From: Vulcanimicrobiota bacterium
GTDB lineage: Bacteria; Vulcanimicrobiota; Vulcanimicrobiia; Vulcanimicrobiales; Vulcanimicrobiaceae
Direction: 5' to 3'
Assembly: GCA_963767725.1 (NCBI GenBank)
Contig: CAVYEN010000002.1
Location: 388,309-452,308 of the forward strand
Length of the DNA: 64,000 bases
Position numbers and translations under genes: made by a program. Within the stretch, counting starts at the first letter, position 1. Each line of letters starts with the position of its first letter. The notes below the pieces were generated by a model. It worked only from the letters and a program-made list of their open reading frames with translations, was not told the DNA's origin and searched no databases. Shown piece after piece: positions 1 through 10,883 of the stretch.

Positions 1-222
1 ATTCGCCGTGACGGGATGGGCGAGGGATACGATATCGACGCGCTGACCGCGGTCGCAAATGCCGCGGAGGTCAAAGTCACTGCGAGCGGAGGGGCGCGCA
101 ACATCGAGGACCTGCGGGAGCTCAAACGTAGCGTTCCGGTCACCGTGGACTCGTGCATCGTGGGCAGCGCCCTCTACAACGGAACGATGGATCTCAAAGA
201 GGCGATCGCGGCCGTCGCTTAG
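1..222 (+). CDS. hisA: HisA/HisF-family (beta/alpha)8-barrel protein, C-terminal fragment (probably HisA); 5' end lies outside the window
   Basis: Frame 1 is open from base 1. The translation IRRDGMGEGYDIDAL...VTASGGARNIEDLRELK...IVGSALYNGTMDLKEA matches the second phosphate-binding half of HisA (RDG..G, ASGG, G.ALY.G). Confidence 0.7.
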   Translation: MRRDGMGEGYDIDALTAVANAAEVKVTASGGARNIEDLRELKRSVPVTVDSCIVGSALYNGTMDLKEAIAAVA

Positions 223-237
223 GAGCAAACGAGGCTT

Positions 238-1340
238 CTAATCGACGTACACGCGTCGCAGCTCTCTCGGAAGGCGCGTGACGATTTCGTAGTTGATCGT
301 ATCGGCCCAGATCGCCCAATCGTCGGCGGCGATCGTCGCGCCACCGTCTTGTCCCAGCAGCGTTACCATCGAGCCGGCACGGGCATTCGGCGCAGCCGTG
401 AGGTCGATCTCGGTCATATTCATCGCGACTCGTCCAACGATCGGACAGATCGCGCCGTCGACGGCGAAGGCGCCGCGATTGGAGAGCGCGCGAGGTACGC
501 CGTCGGCATATCCGGCCGGAACGACGCCGACCCGCATCTCGCGAGGTGCGTGAAAACTGCCTCCGTAACCCACCGAAGCGCCGGCCGCGATCGCACGGGT
601 CACGATGATTTGCGAGCGGTACGACAGCGCGGGTTTGAGATCGAGCGGCGCTGCGCTCAGTGCTTCGCGGGTTTGTCGGGACGGCATCAGACCGTACAGC
701 GCGATGCCGAAGCGCGCCATATCGAGACGCGTCTGCGGCCAGAGCATCGCCGCCGCCGAAGCGGCAATGTGGCGAAGCGGAGCGAGGGCCCGCCCGTCGA
801 GCACCGGCTTTGCGTGACCGAGCGCACGCTCGAAGGCGGCGAGCTGATGCATCGTGTACGGCGAGTCGAGCTCTTCGGCTGAGGCAAGGTGCGAGAAGAT
901 TCCGGTGATTGCGATCTCCGGCATCGCCAAGCAAGTCTGCAATCGCATCGACCAGCTCGTGCGGCTCGAAGCCAAGGCGATTGAGGTCGGTATTGACTTT
1001 GACGTGGACGGCGGCGCTACGCTGACGCTTGCGGGCCGCGGCGCATACTCGTCTGGGCGAACTCTCCCGCGCTCCAGATTGCCAGCTCAACGTTGGCGGC
1101 GAGCGCGTCATCGAGCGCCGACGGAGGGATTGGTCCGAGCACGAGCACCGGCGCGGTGATGCCGCCCTCCCGCAGCGCAATGGCCTCTTCAATGCGCATA
1201 GACGCAGAGGCGCACGGCAAATGGCTCGATCGCGTGCGCGACCGGCAAGCAAGCCCGTGTCCATAGGCATTGCCTTTGACCACGAATGCCGAGCGACGAG
1301 CACCGACGAGGTCGCGAAGCAGCGCGGCATTATGGCGCAA
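238..1340 (-). pseudogene. alr: Alanine racemase, reading frame broken twice
   Basis: The N-terminus (VVKGNAYGHG) is in ORF 1017..1340. The middle (VHVKVNTDLNRLGFEPHELVDAIADLL) is in the frame of ORF 194..1345. The C-terminal two thirds (GIFSHLASAEE...VGYGGSF...GRVAMNM...NYEIVTRL) are in ORF 238..975. Frame switches fall near 1050 and 925. Confidence 0.85.
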
Positions 1341-1460
1341 CGCACCTAAGGAAATCTCGAGCGAACCAATCAGACGGCAGGCGAGCCCTCGCAGGCCCGG
1401 GCCTTTGAATCATCGCGGGTGCTTCGCGCCCGCCGGTCGCCTTCCAGCCCGAATTGAGGC

Positions 1461-1487
1461 CTTGCACTCGCGCTAAGAGTCTGCTAA
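1461..1487 (+). promoter_or_regulatory. CIRCE-like inverted repeat (degenerate HrcA operator), copy 1
   Basis: CTTGCACTC-N9-GTCTGCTAA compared with consensus TTAGCACTC-N9-GAGTGCTAA; 7/9 matches in each arm and exact 9-nt spacing. Confidence 0.5.
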
Positions 1488-1490
1488 TAT
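1462..1490 (+). promoter_or_regulatory. Sigma-70-type promoter of groES-groEL
   Basis: -35 TTGCAC (1462-1467), a 17-nt spacer, then -10 TAATAT (1485-1490). It lies about 75 nt upstream of groES and overlaps the first CIRCE-like repeat. Confidence 0.6.
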
Positions 1491-1497
1491 AGCACGG

Positions 1498-1524
1498 CTA
1501 GCGCTCTTGCGCTAAGAGTGCTAA
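1498..1524 (+). promoter_or_regulatory. CIRCE element (HrcA operator), copy 2
   Basis: CTAGCGCTC-ttgcgctaa-GAGTGCTAA: the right arm is perfect, the left arm matches 7/9, and the spacer is 9 nt. It sits just downstream of the predicted transcription start. Confidence 0.8.
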
Positions 1525-1567
1525 AGCGCGTCGAGCGCATGAAATTGCCAAGCTGTGGAGGTTGTAC

Positions 1568-4328
<2,761 letters not shown>

Positions 4329-4537
4329 TTGGCGTGCTGTTTGGCGGCACTCGGGCGGTCCTTCCGATCTCTGACGGCGGCACAGGGTGCACGCAAATAG
4401 TCTTTCTCGCAGCGGCGACCGTGCGTTCGCCTACGCGGGCGCATCCTATCGCCCAAACGTAATCACGATGAGCGACGAACGGCCGCTCGAGCTTTCGGAA
4501 AGGTTCGATTGCACGAAGACCGAATAGCATATTTTCC

Positions 4538-6358
4538 ATGCCCGCGCGCGTCGTCAACGATTTCACCGTACGCGTGGCCACGGTCAACGGCTCGGGAAGC
4601 CAATCCTCGAACCTCGTTCTGACCAACGCCATCGCGCGTCTGGGCATTCCGGTCGCTCCGAAGAACGTCTTTCCGTCAAACATCGAAGGCTTGCCGACGT
4701 GGTTCGACATTCGCATTAGCTCGCAGGGGTATCAGTGCCGTACGCGTGACGTCGACGTGCTGCTCGCGCTCAACGCCGCGACGTGGGCGCAAGACGTCGC
4801 CGGCGTAAGAGTGAGCGGTGCGGTAGTTCACGAGGCGGCCTATCCGCTCAATGCGCAGACGCAGCGCGAAGATCTGACGTATTACCCCGTGCCGTTTGCG
4901 GCGCTCGCAAAAGAGCACTTTGCCGACAAGGGCGACTTGCGCAAGTATCTGACGAACATGATCTACGTCGGCGTGCTTGCGAAGCTGCTCGGGATTCCGG
5001 CGGGGACGGTTGAAGAGGGCCTGCGGGCACAGTTTCGCACGAAAGCCTCGGCCGTCGAGCTAAACATGAAAGCCGTCCGAATCGGCCTCGATTACGCCGC
5101 GGAGCACTTCGTCAAGCAAGATCCCTATCGGCTCGAGCCCATGAACGGCAAGACCGACGATTTGCTGTTCATCGAGGGAAATCGTGCGGCCGCGCTTGGG
5201 TGCGTGATGGGCGGCTGCACCGTCGCGGCTTGGTATCCGATCACGCCGTCCTCGTCGCTGTGCGAATACTTCATTGCATATTGCGACCGTTATCGCGTCG
5301 ACCAGAGCACCGGCAACCGAAACGTAGCGATCGTCCAAGCGGAGGACGAGCTTGCCGCCGCGGGGATCGTTTTCGGCGCCGGTTGGGCGGGCGCACGCGC
5401 CATGACCTCGACCTCCGGACCGGGGATTTCCCTGATGGCCGAATATGCGGGTTACGGATACTTTGCCGAGGTTCCCGGCGTGATCTTCGACGTACAGCGA
5501 GCCGGCCCGTCGACCGGGCTGCCGACCCGCACGATGCAGGGCGACGTCGCGTTTGCGTACACGCTCTCGCACGGCGACACCAAGCACATCGTCTTGCTCC
5601 CGGCGACCGTACGCGAAGCCTACGAGTTTGCGATGGAAGCATTCGATTTCGCCGAGCGTTTTCAAACGCCCGTCTTCGTGCTGAGCGATCTCGATCTCGG
5701 AATGAATTCGTGGCTCAGCCCCCCGCTGCCGTATCCCGAGAAACCCTTCGATCGCGGGAAAGTGCTCGGCGCCGACGACCTGAATTCGATGAAGTCGTGG
5801 GCGCGCTATCGTGACATCGACAAAGACGGCATTCCCTATCGCACGTTGCCTGGCACCAAGCATTCCAGCGCCGGATTCTTTACGCGCGGAACCGGTCACG
5901 ACGAAGAGGCCCGATACTCCGAGACTCCCGAAGTCTGGCAGCGCAATCTCGACCGGCTCAACCGCAAGCATGAAACGGCGCGCACTGCTGTGCCGGCCCC
6001 GACCGTCGAAGAGAAAGGGTACAAGATTGCCATCCTTGCCTACGGCACGACGCACCACGCCGTCGTCGAGGCGCTCGATCGCCTGCGCGAATCGGGGGTC
6101 GAGGCGGATTACTTGCGCGTGCGGGCGCTTCCGCTCTCTCCCGAGGTCGCTACGTTCGTCAAGCGCCACGAGCGCGTCTACGTCGTCGAACAGAACCGCG
6201 ACGGACAGCTGTACACTATTCTGCGGGCGGAATTGCCGACGTATCTCGTCGGACGGCTCGAATCGATCCGCCATTACAACGGCGTACCAATCGACGCTCG
6301 CGTCATCATCGATCCCGTGCTCGAGGCCGAGCAAGAGCCGGCCGTCATTGCGGAATAG
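4538..6358 (+). CDS. korA: 2-oxoglutarate/2-oxoacid:ferredoxin oxidoreductase, alpha subunit (long fused alpha-gamma type)
   Basis: 606 aa. The N-terminal gamma-like domain and the pyrimidine-binding domain (GCTVAAWYPITPSS, GAGWAGARAMTSTSGPG) are typical of KorA. Confidence 0.92.
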   Translation: MPARVVNDFTVRVATVNGSGSQSSNLVLTNAIARLGIPVAPKNVFPSNIEGLPTWFDIRISSQGYQCRTRDVDVLLALNAATWAQDVAGVRVSGAVVHEAAYPLNAQTQREDLTYYPVPFAALAKEHFADKGDLRKYLTNMIYVGVLAKLLGIPAGTVEEGLRAQFRTKASAVELNMKAVRIGLDYAAEHFVKQDPYRLEPMNGKTDDLLFIEGNRAAALGCVMGGCTVAAWYPITPSSSLCEYFIAYCDRYRVDQSTGNRNVAIVQAEDELAAAGIVFGAGWAGARAMTSTSGPGISLMAEYAGYGYFAEVPGVIFDVQRAGPSTGLPTRTMQGDVAFAYTLSHGDTKHIVLLPATVREAYEFAMEAFDFAERFQTPVFVLSDLDLGMNSWLSPPLPYPEKPFDRGKVLGADDLNSMKSWARYRDIDKDGIPYRTLPGTKHSSAGFFTRGTGHDEEARYSETPEVWQRNLDRLNRKHETARTAVPAPTVEEKGYKIAILAYGTTHHAVVEALDRLRESGVEADYLRVRALPLSPEVATFVKRHERVYVVEQNRDGQLYTILRAELPTYLVGRLESIRHYNGVPIDARVIIDPVLEAEQEPAVIAE

Positions 6359-6361
6359 GAC

Positions 6362-7378
6362 ATGACGGCAAATCTCAACATCATCGGCCTCACCCGTGAA
6401 ATCTACAAAGGGCTTCCAACGACCCTCTGTGCAGGATGCGGCCACAACTCGATCACCAACCATTTGATCAAGGCGCTCTACGATTACGGCGCGGAGCCCC
6501 ACAACCTCGCAAAAATGAGCGGCATCGGCTGCTCGTCCAAGACGCCCGCATACTTCGTAGAGCAGGCGCACGGCTTCAACGGATTGCACGGCCGCATGCC
6601 TTCGGCCGCGACGGGAGCCAAACTCGCCAATCGCGAGCTGCTCGTGCTCGGCATCAGCGGCGACGGCGACACCGCGAGCATCGGGCTCGGGCAGTACTGC
6701 CATATGATCCGGCGCAATCTCGATTGCACGTACATCGTCGAGAACAACGGCTGTTACGGTTTGACCAAGGGTCAGTTCTCGGCGACGGCCGACGTGGGTT
6801 CGACGCAGAAAGGCGGAAAGATCAACGAGTACGCCACGATCGACCTCTGCAGCTTAGCGATCGAACTCGGAGCGACGTTTGTTGCCCGCTCCTTCTCCGG
6901 TGACGGCAAGCAGCTCGTGCCCCTTCTTCAAGCCGGCTTCTCGCATCGCGGCACCGCGATTCTCGACGTCATCAGCCCCTGCGTCACCTTTAACGACCAT
7001 GAGGGCTCGACGAAGAGCTACGCGTACGTGAAGGACCACGATGTGGTGCTGCACACGGCCGACTACATCGCCGGCGGACGCGAGATCGCCGTCGATTACG
7101 AGCCCGGCACCGTGCGCGACGTCGAGCTCGAGGACGGCTCGCACGTGATGCTGCGAAAACTCGACGTCGACTACGATCCGACCGACGCGATGGCGGCACT
7201 AAAAACGATTCATGAATCGCAGGCGCGCGGCGAGTTCGTCACCGGCCTGCTCTACGTCGACACGAAGCAACAAGACCTCTGCGAGCGCGAGCGCCTTGTC
7301 GGCAAGCCGCTGTCGCAACTCGATGAAGAGACGCTGCGCATCGGCCGCGAAGAGTGGCAGCGGCTCATGCAGCCCTGA
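6362..7378 (+). CDS. korB: 2-oxoacid:ferredoxin oxidoreductase, beta (TPP-binding) subunit
   Basis: 338 aa with CAGCGH, a GDGD-type TPP motif (GISGDGDTASIG) and NNGCYGLTKGQ. It starts 3 nt after the korA stop. Confidence 0.92.
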   Translation: MTANLNIIGLTREIYKGLPTTLCAGCGHNSITNHLIKALYDYGAEPHNLAKMSGIGCSSKTPAYFVEQAHGFNGLHGRMPSAATGAKLANRELLVLGISGDGDTASIGLGQYCHMIRRNLDCTYIVENNGCYGLTKGQFSATADVGSTQKGGKINEYATIDLCSLAIELGATFVARSFSGDGKQLVPLLQAGFSHRGTAILDVISPCVTFNDHEGSTKSYAYVKDHDVVLHTADYIAGGREIAVDYEPGTVRDVELEDGSHVMLRKLDVDYDPTDAMAALKTIHESQARGEFVTGLLYVDTKQQDLCERERLVGKPLSQLDEETLRIGREEWQRLMQP

Positions 7379-7391
7379 AAGGAGCCGTTCC

Positions 7392-7802
7392 GTGAAACAC
7401 CGTAGCGTCGCCGCGCTGTTCGCAGTCCTGGCATCGGTTCAATCGCTGACGGCACTCGCCGTCGTCGTGCACGGCCGAGTTTGGGAGGCGACCTACGTCG
7501 CGGCTTACGAGCCGACGTTCGGTCCCCGCAAAGTTCCATACTCGGGCACCATGAAGCTTAAATTCAATCACGGCATCGTCAGCGGTACCTACGTCTCCGA
7601 GTCGGTCCGCCCCGATCCGCTCTACGGTCGAACGATTGCGGTCAGCGGCAACGTAAGCGAGGGCCAAATAACGCTCAACCTGCAGGCAATGGGCGGATTT
7701 ACCGTACGCGGGACGCTCTCCGGCGACGGTGAGATCTCCGGCACCGCCACCGTAAAGGGCAGCTTCTACCACTTCCTTGCAAAAGTCAAATCGTCACCCT
7801 GA
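7392..7802 (+). CDS. Small secreted hypothetical protein
   Basis: GTG at 7392 lies 7 nt after AAAGGAG. The N-terminus VKHRSVAALFAVLASVQSLTALA looks like a signal peptide. The upstream part of ORF 7212..7802 overlaps korB and is Arg/Ser junk. Confidence 0.55.
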   Translation: MKHRSVAALFAVLASVQSLTALAVVVHGRVWEATYVAAYEPTFGPRKVPYSGTMKLKFNHGIVSGTYVSESVRPDPLYGRTIAVSGNVSEGQITLNLQAMGGFTVRGTLSGDGEISGTATVKGSFYHFLAKVKSSP

Positions 7803-7830
7803 CGCTGCGTCATCCTGAGTTTGTCGAAGG

Positions 7831-8670
7831 ATGACTAATACAACGGCATCGGTCGACGATCTTTGCGCGCAGCTGCGCCGCGCGAAAAGCGTTTTTGCGC
7901 TGACCGGTTCGGGCGTCTCGGCCGAGAGCGGCCTGCCGACTTTCCGCGGCGTCGGCGGTCTTTGGCGGACGCACCGGGTCGAAGAGCTCGCTTCGCCGCA
8001 AGGTTTTGCGCAGGATCCGGTGCTCGTCTGGAGCTGGTACAACGAGCGTAAATCCGCGCATCAGCGCGCCCAGCCGAATGCGGGTCACTACGCCCTTTCG
8101 CAGCTCGAGAACGCAATCGGCGACTTCACGCTTGCGACTCAGAACGTCGACTCGCTGCACCTGCGCGCCGGCTGCCGGAACGTGCTCGAGCTGCACGGCA
8201 ATTTGCGCGAGGCCCGCTGCACGGGTTGCGACGCTCGACGCGCGCTCGACGGCAACGGCCTTCCGCTGCGCGAGATCGATCACGAGTGCGGCGGACGCCT
8301 TCGCCCTGCGATCGTCTGGTTCGGCGAGCCGCTGCCGGCCGCAACTTGGCAACAAGCCCAAGCGGCGGCGGCGCGCGCCGACGTCATTCTCGTGGTCGGA
8401 ACGAGCGCCGTCGTCTACCCCGCAGCGGCGCTCGCGACGCATTACAATAAGCGCGCGTACGTCGCGGAGATCAATCCCGAACCGACCGCGCTGCGAGGCC
8501 GTGTCGATTGTGTCTTGCGCGCGCGCGCGGCCGAGGTATTACCTCGGATCCTCGACGGTCTGGACCGGGCGCGGACGCAATGTCCCACTACGCGAGGCGA
8601 AGAGCAGGTAGACCGGCAGACCGGAGAGCAGAATGCCGACCCCGATGAGGGTGTCGTGCGGCGAGTTTAG
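7831..8670 (+). CDS. cobB: NAD-dependent protein deacylase (class III sirtuin, CobB-like)
   Basis: Motifs ALTGSGVSAESGLPTFRG, TQNVDSLH, ELHGN and VWFGE. The last ~36 aa lie antisense to the permease 3' end and may be read-through rather than conserved sequence. Confidence 0.9.
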   Translation: MTNTTASVDDLCAQLRRAKSVFALTGSGVSAESGLPTFRGVGGLWRTHRVEELASPQGFAQDPVLVWSWYNERKSAHQRAQPNAGHYALSQLENAIGDFTLATQNVDSLHLRAGCRNVLELHGNLREARCTGCDARRALDGNGLPLREIDHECGGRLRPAIVWFGEPLPAATWQQAQAAAARADVILVVGTSAVVYPAAALATHYNKRAYVAEINPEPTALRGRVDCVLRARAAEVLPRILDGLDRARTQCPTTRGEEQVDRQTGEQNADPDEGVVRRV

Positions 8671-9906
8671 GATCGTGTCGCCGACGATGTACCACGCGGC
8701 CGCAAGGAACAGCAGCGTGGTGAGCGGATGTCCCGGCATTCGAAAGAAGGGGCGTGGTGCCTTCGGGTCGCGTGCGTCGCGATTACGAAAGACGATCAGT
8801 GCAATTGCCGCCAAGCCGAAGAATATGTAATCGTTGCACGTCACGTAGTTGAGAATTTGATCGTAACGACCGGAGAGCGCGATCACGATCGCGATCAACC
8901 CTTGCAGCACGATGGCAAGCACCGGGGCGTGAGTCCGCGGATTCACCGAAGCGAGTTGCGGGAAGAACGTCCGGTCTGCGGCCATCTGAAAGTAGACCCG
9001 CGGGGACGTAAGGATCTGATTGCTCAAGAATCCGAGCGTCGAAAGCGCGATCACGGTCGCCATCACGCGAAGTCCGACTTTTCCGAACGCGAGCTGGGTA
9101 ATTTGGGATGCAGGGGTGTTTGTGGCGGCCAAGCCCGCAACGCCGAGTACGCGTAGGCAGGCGGCGTTGACGGCGACGTAGAGCACGACGACGGTAAGAA
9201 CGCCGGCGATCAATCCACGCGGCAACGTTCTTGCGGGCTCCTTCAGCTCGGCGGTCATAAAGCTTGAGGTCTGCCAGCCGCTATAGGCAAAGAGCACCGG
9301 CACCATCGCGAAACCCAAAGCGCCGATGCCGGCCGCCGATGGTAACGCGGGAACTTCGGCCCAAGACCGCACCGAAAAGAGTCCGATCGCTGCAAAACCC
9401 GCAATCGCAAGGACCTTGATAATCATGAACGCGTTCTGCGTCGTCGCGCCGGTCCGGACGCCCAAGGCATTGATTGCGGTGAAGAGCGCAATCGCTACGA
9501 CGCCGATTGTCGCCGCCGGAGCCTGCCACCCGGTGAGCGGCGCAAAATAGGCGGCGAAAGTCACGGCAGCGGCCGCCATGCCGCCGCTCTGCGAAACGAG
9601 CAGAAGGGTCCAACCGAAAAGGAATGCCAGCCCGGGGTGAAAGGCTTCGCGCAAATAGGCGTAGAGGCCACCGTCTCGCGGGCGGCGTGCTGCGAGCTCC
9701 GCAAAGATGCCCGCACCGAGCAACGCGATCGCGCCGCCCGCGATCCAGACCAGCATAAACAGCGGGGCCTTGTGAACGTGCCGAGCGACGACCGACGGGT
9801 TCATGAATATGCCCGAGCCGATGATGCCGCCCATGACGATGAGGGCGGCGTCGCGGGTACCTAGGCGGCGCAGCAGTTTAGGCGAAGATTGCGGCCATGT
9901 TTGCAT
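8539..9906 (-). CDS. APC-superfamily amino acid permease
   Basis: 455 aa with about 12 hydrophobic segments and the N-terminal motif GGIIGSGIFMNPS. Confidence 0.9.
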   Translation of the reverse strand: MQTWPQSSPKLLRRLGTRDAALIVMGGIIGSGIFMNPSVVARHVHKAPLFMLVWIAGGAIALLGAGIFAELAARRPRDGGLYAYLREAFHPGLAFLFGWTLLLVSQSGGMAAAAVTFAAYFAPLTGWQAPAATIGVVAIALFTAINALGVRTGATTQNAFMIIKVLAIAGFAAIGLFSVRSWAEVPALPSAAGIGALGFAMVPVLFAYSGWQTSSFMTAELKEPARTLPRGLIAGVLTVVVLYVAVNAACLRVLGVAGLAATNTPASQITQLAFGKVGLRVMATVIALSTLGFLSNQILTSPRVYFQMAADRTFFPQLASVNPRTHAPVLAIVLQGLIAIVIALSGRYDQILNYVTCNDYIFFGLAAIALIVFRNRDARDPKAPRPFFRMPGHPLTTLLFLAAAWYIVGDTILNSPHDTLIGVGILLSGLPVYLLFASRSGTLRPRPVQTVEDPR

Positions 9907-10436
9907 TAGCGACGTTCTTCCTCACCGCTCTTGTCAACACCGTGGCGCAAATGCCGCCGCCGCAAGGACCGCCGACACCATATCCACAGCCCGCTGCTGC
10001 AACTCAGCCGCCGCTTCAGAATGGATTCTGCCTCGATTCGTTGCGCCCGGTGCCGAAGGTCGTGCAGGCGCCCGTCGTACGCGCCATGCAAATCGTGCGC
10101 ATAGACCTCGTGCTTTCGACTGCAACGATGATGCCCGGCGAGATCATCGGGTTTCTCTACACGACGGAAGACGGCGCAACTTGGCTCGGTCAGCGCAGTG
10201 CCGACTACCAATCGGCCGCCGACGCCACGGCGATCAACCGCGTGCTCGCCGCAACTCACGGTCCCGACGACAACGTGACCGGATTTCCGCCTCGGGACGT
10301 CTACGGCGTACCGACGAAACATCCGCAGGTCTTCCGCGTCCGGGTCCCCCCCGATGCGTTGAGCGCCCTGCGCATTGCTTTTGCGCCGTGCGTCGCATGG
10401 CCGTCCGAGCGCCCCCTTCCCGATCCCACCATGTGA
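9897..10436 (+). CDS. Hypothetical secreted Pro-rich protein
   Basis: 179 aa with a hydrophobic N-terminus MFALATFFLTALVNTVAQ followed by PPPQGPPTPYPQP. No family recognised. Confidence 0.45.
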   Translation: MFALATFFLTALVNTVAQMPPPQGPPTPYPQPAAATQPPLQNGFCLDSLRPVPKVVQAPVVRAMQIVRIDLVLSTATMMPGEIIGFLYTTEDGATWLGQRSADYQSAADATAINRVLAATHGPDDNVTGFPPRDVYGVPTKHPQVFRVRVPPDALSALRIAFAPCVAWPSERPLPDPTM

Positions 10437-10441
10437 GGCCG

Positions 10442-10468
10442 TTAGCAAGCGGCGCATCCGAGTGCTAA
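10442..10468 (+). promoter_or_regulatory. CIRCE element upstream of hsp20-lon, with an embedded candidate promoter
   Basis: TTAGCAAGC-ggcgcatcc-GAGTGCTAA: the right arm is perfect, the left arm matches 7/9, and the spacer is 9 nt. TTAGCA (10442-10447), an 18-nt spacer and TAAGCT (10466-10471) can serve as -35/-10, mirroring the groES arrangement. Confidence 0.7.
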
Positions 10469-10489
10469 GCTGAAGGGTTTATAAAGCCG

Positions 10490-10879
10490 ATGGAGTTCGT
10501 GATGCGAACGCGCCTGGGAACGTTCCAACCCAATGCGGACGTTTTCATCGACGAGGAAGGGCGGCGCGTCGTCGCCGTCATCGAAGTGGCGGGTGCCGAT
10601 CCCGAGACGCTTCGCGTTGGCTTCGACGAGCGCTGTCTCGTCGCTGCCGGGCGTCGCCTCGAAGCGGCGCGAATACGTTGCGGCTCGTTCATCCAAAAAG
10701 AAATCGCTCACGGAGAGTTCGTAAAGCGAATACCTCTGCCGGTCGCGGTCGAGTACGAAGCGGTTGCAGCGAGTTACGAGGACGGTCTGCTGATCGTCGT
10801 CGCGCCGATCGCGGCGACGGCCTACATGCCGACGGCGAGAACCGAACTTCACGTCATGGTAAAGAGGACGCACACCTAA
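10490..10879 (+). CDS. Small heat-shock protein (Hsp20/alpha-crystallin family)
   Basis: 129 aa. VFIDEEGRRVVAVIEVAGADPETLRV...GEFVKRIPLP...YEDGLLIV fits the alpha-crystallin domain. Confidence 0.85.
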   Translation: MEFVMRTRLGTFQPNADVFIDEEGRRVVAVIEVAGADPETLRVGFDERCLVAAGRRLEAARIRCGSFIQKEIAHGEFVKRIPLPVAVEYEAVAASYEDGLLIVVAPIAATAYMPTARTELHVMVKRTHT

Positions 10880-10883
10880 ACAA

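Noticed and set aside
7831-8670. SIR2-domain protein as part of an anti-phage system (Thoeris, DSR or SIR2-HerA type)
   Set aside because: It is a compact CobB-type class III sirtuin with the full deacylase motif set and no fused or adjacent effector or sensor genes. Its neighbours are korAB and a permease.
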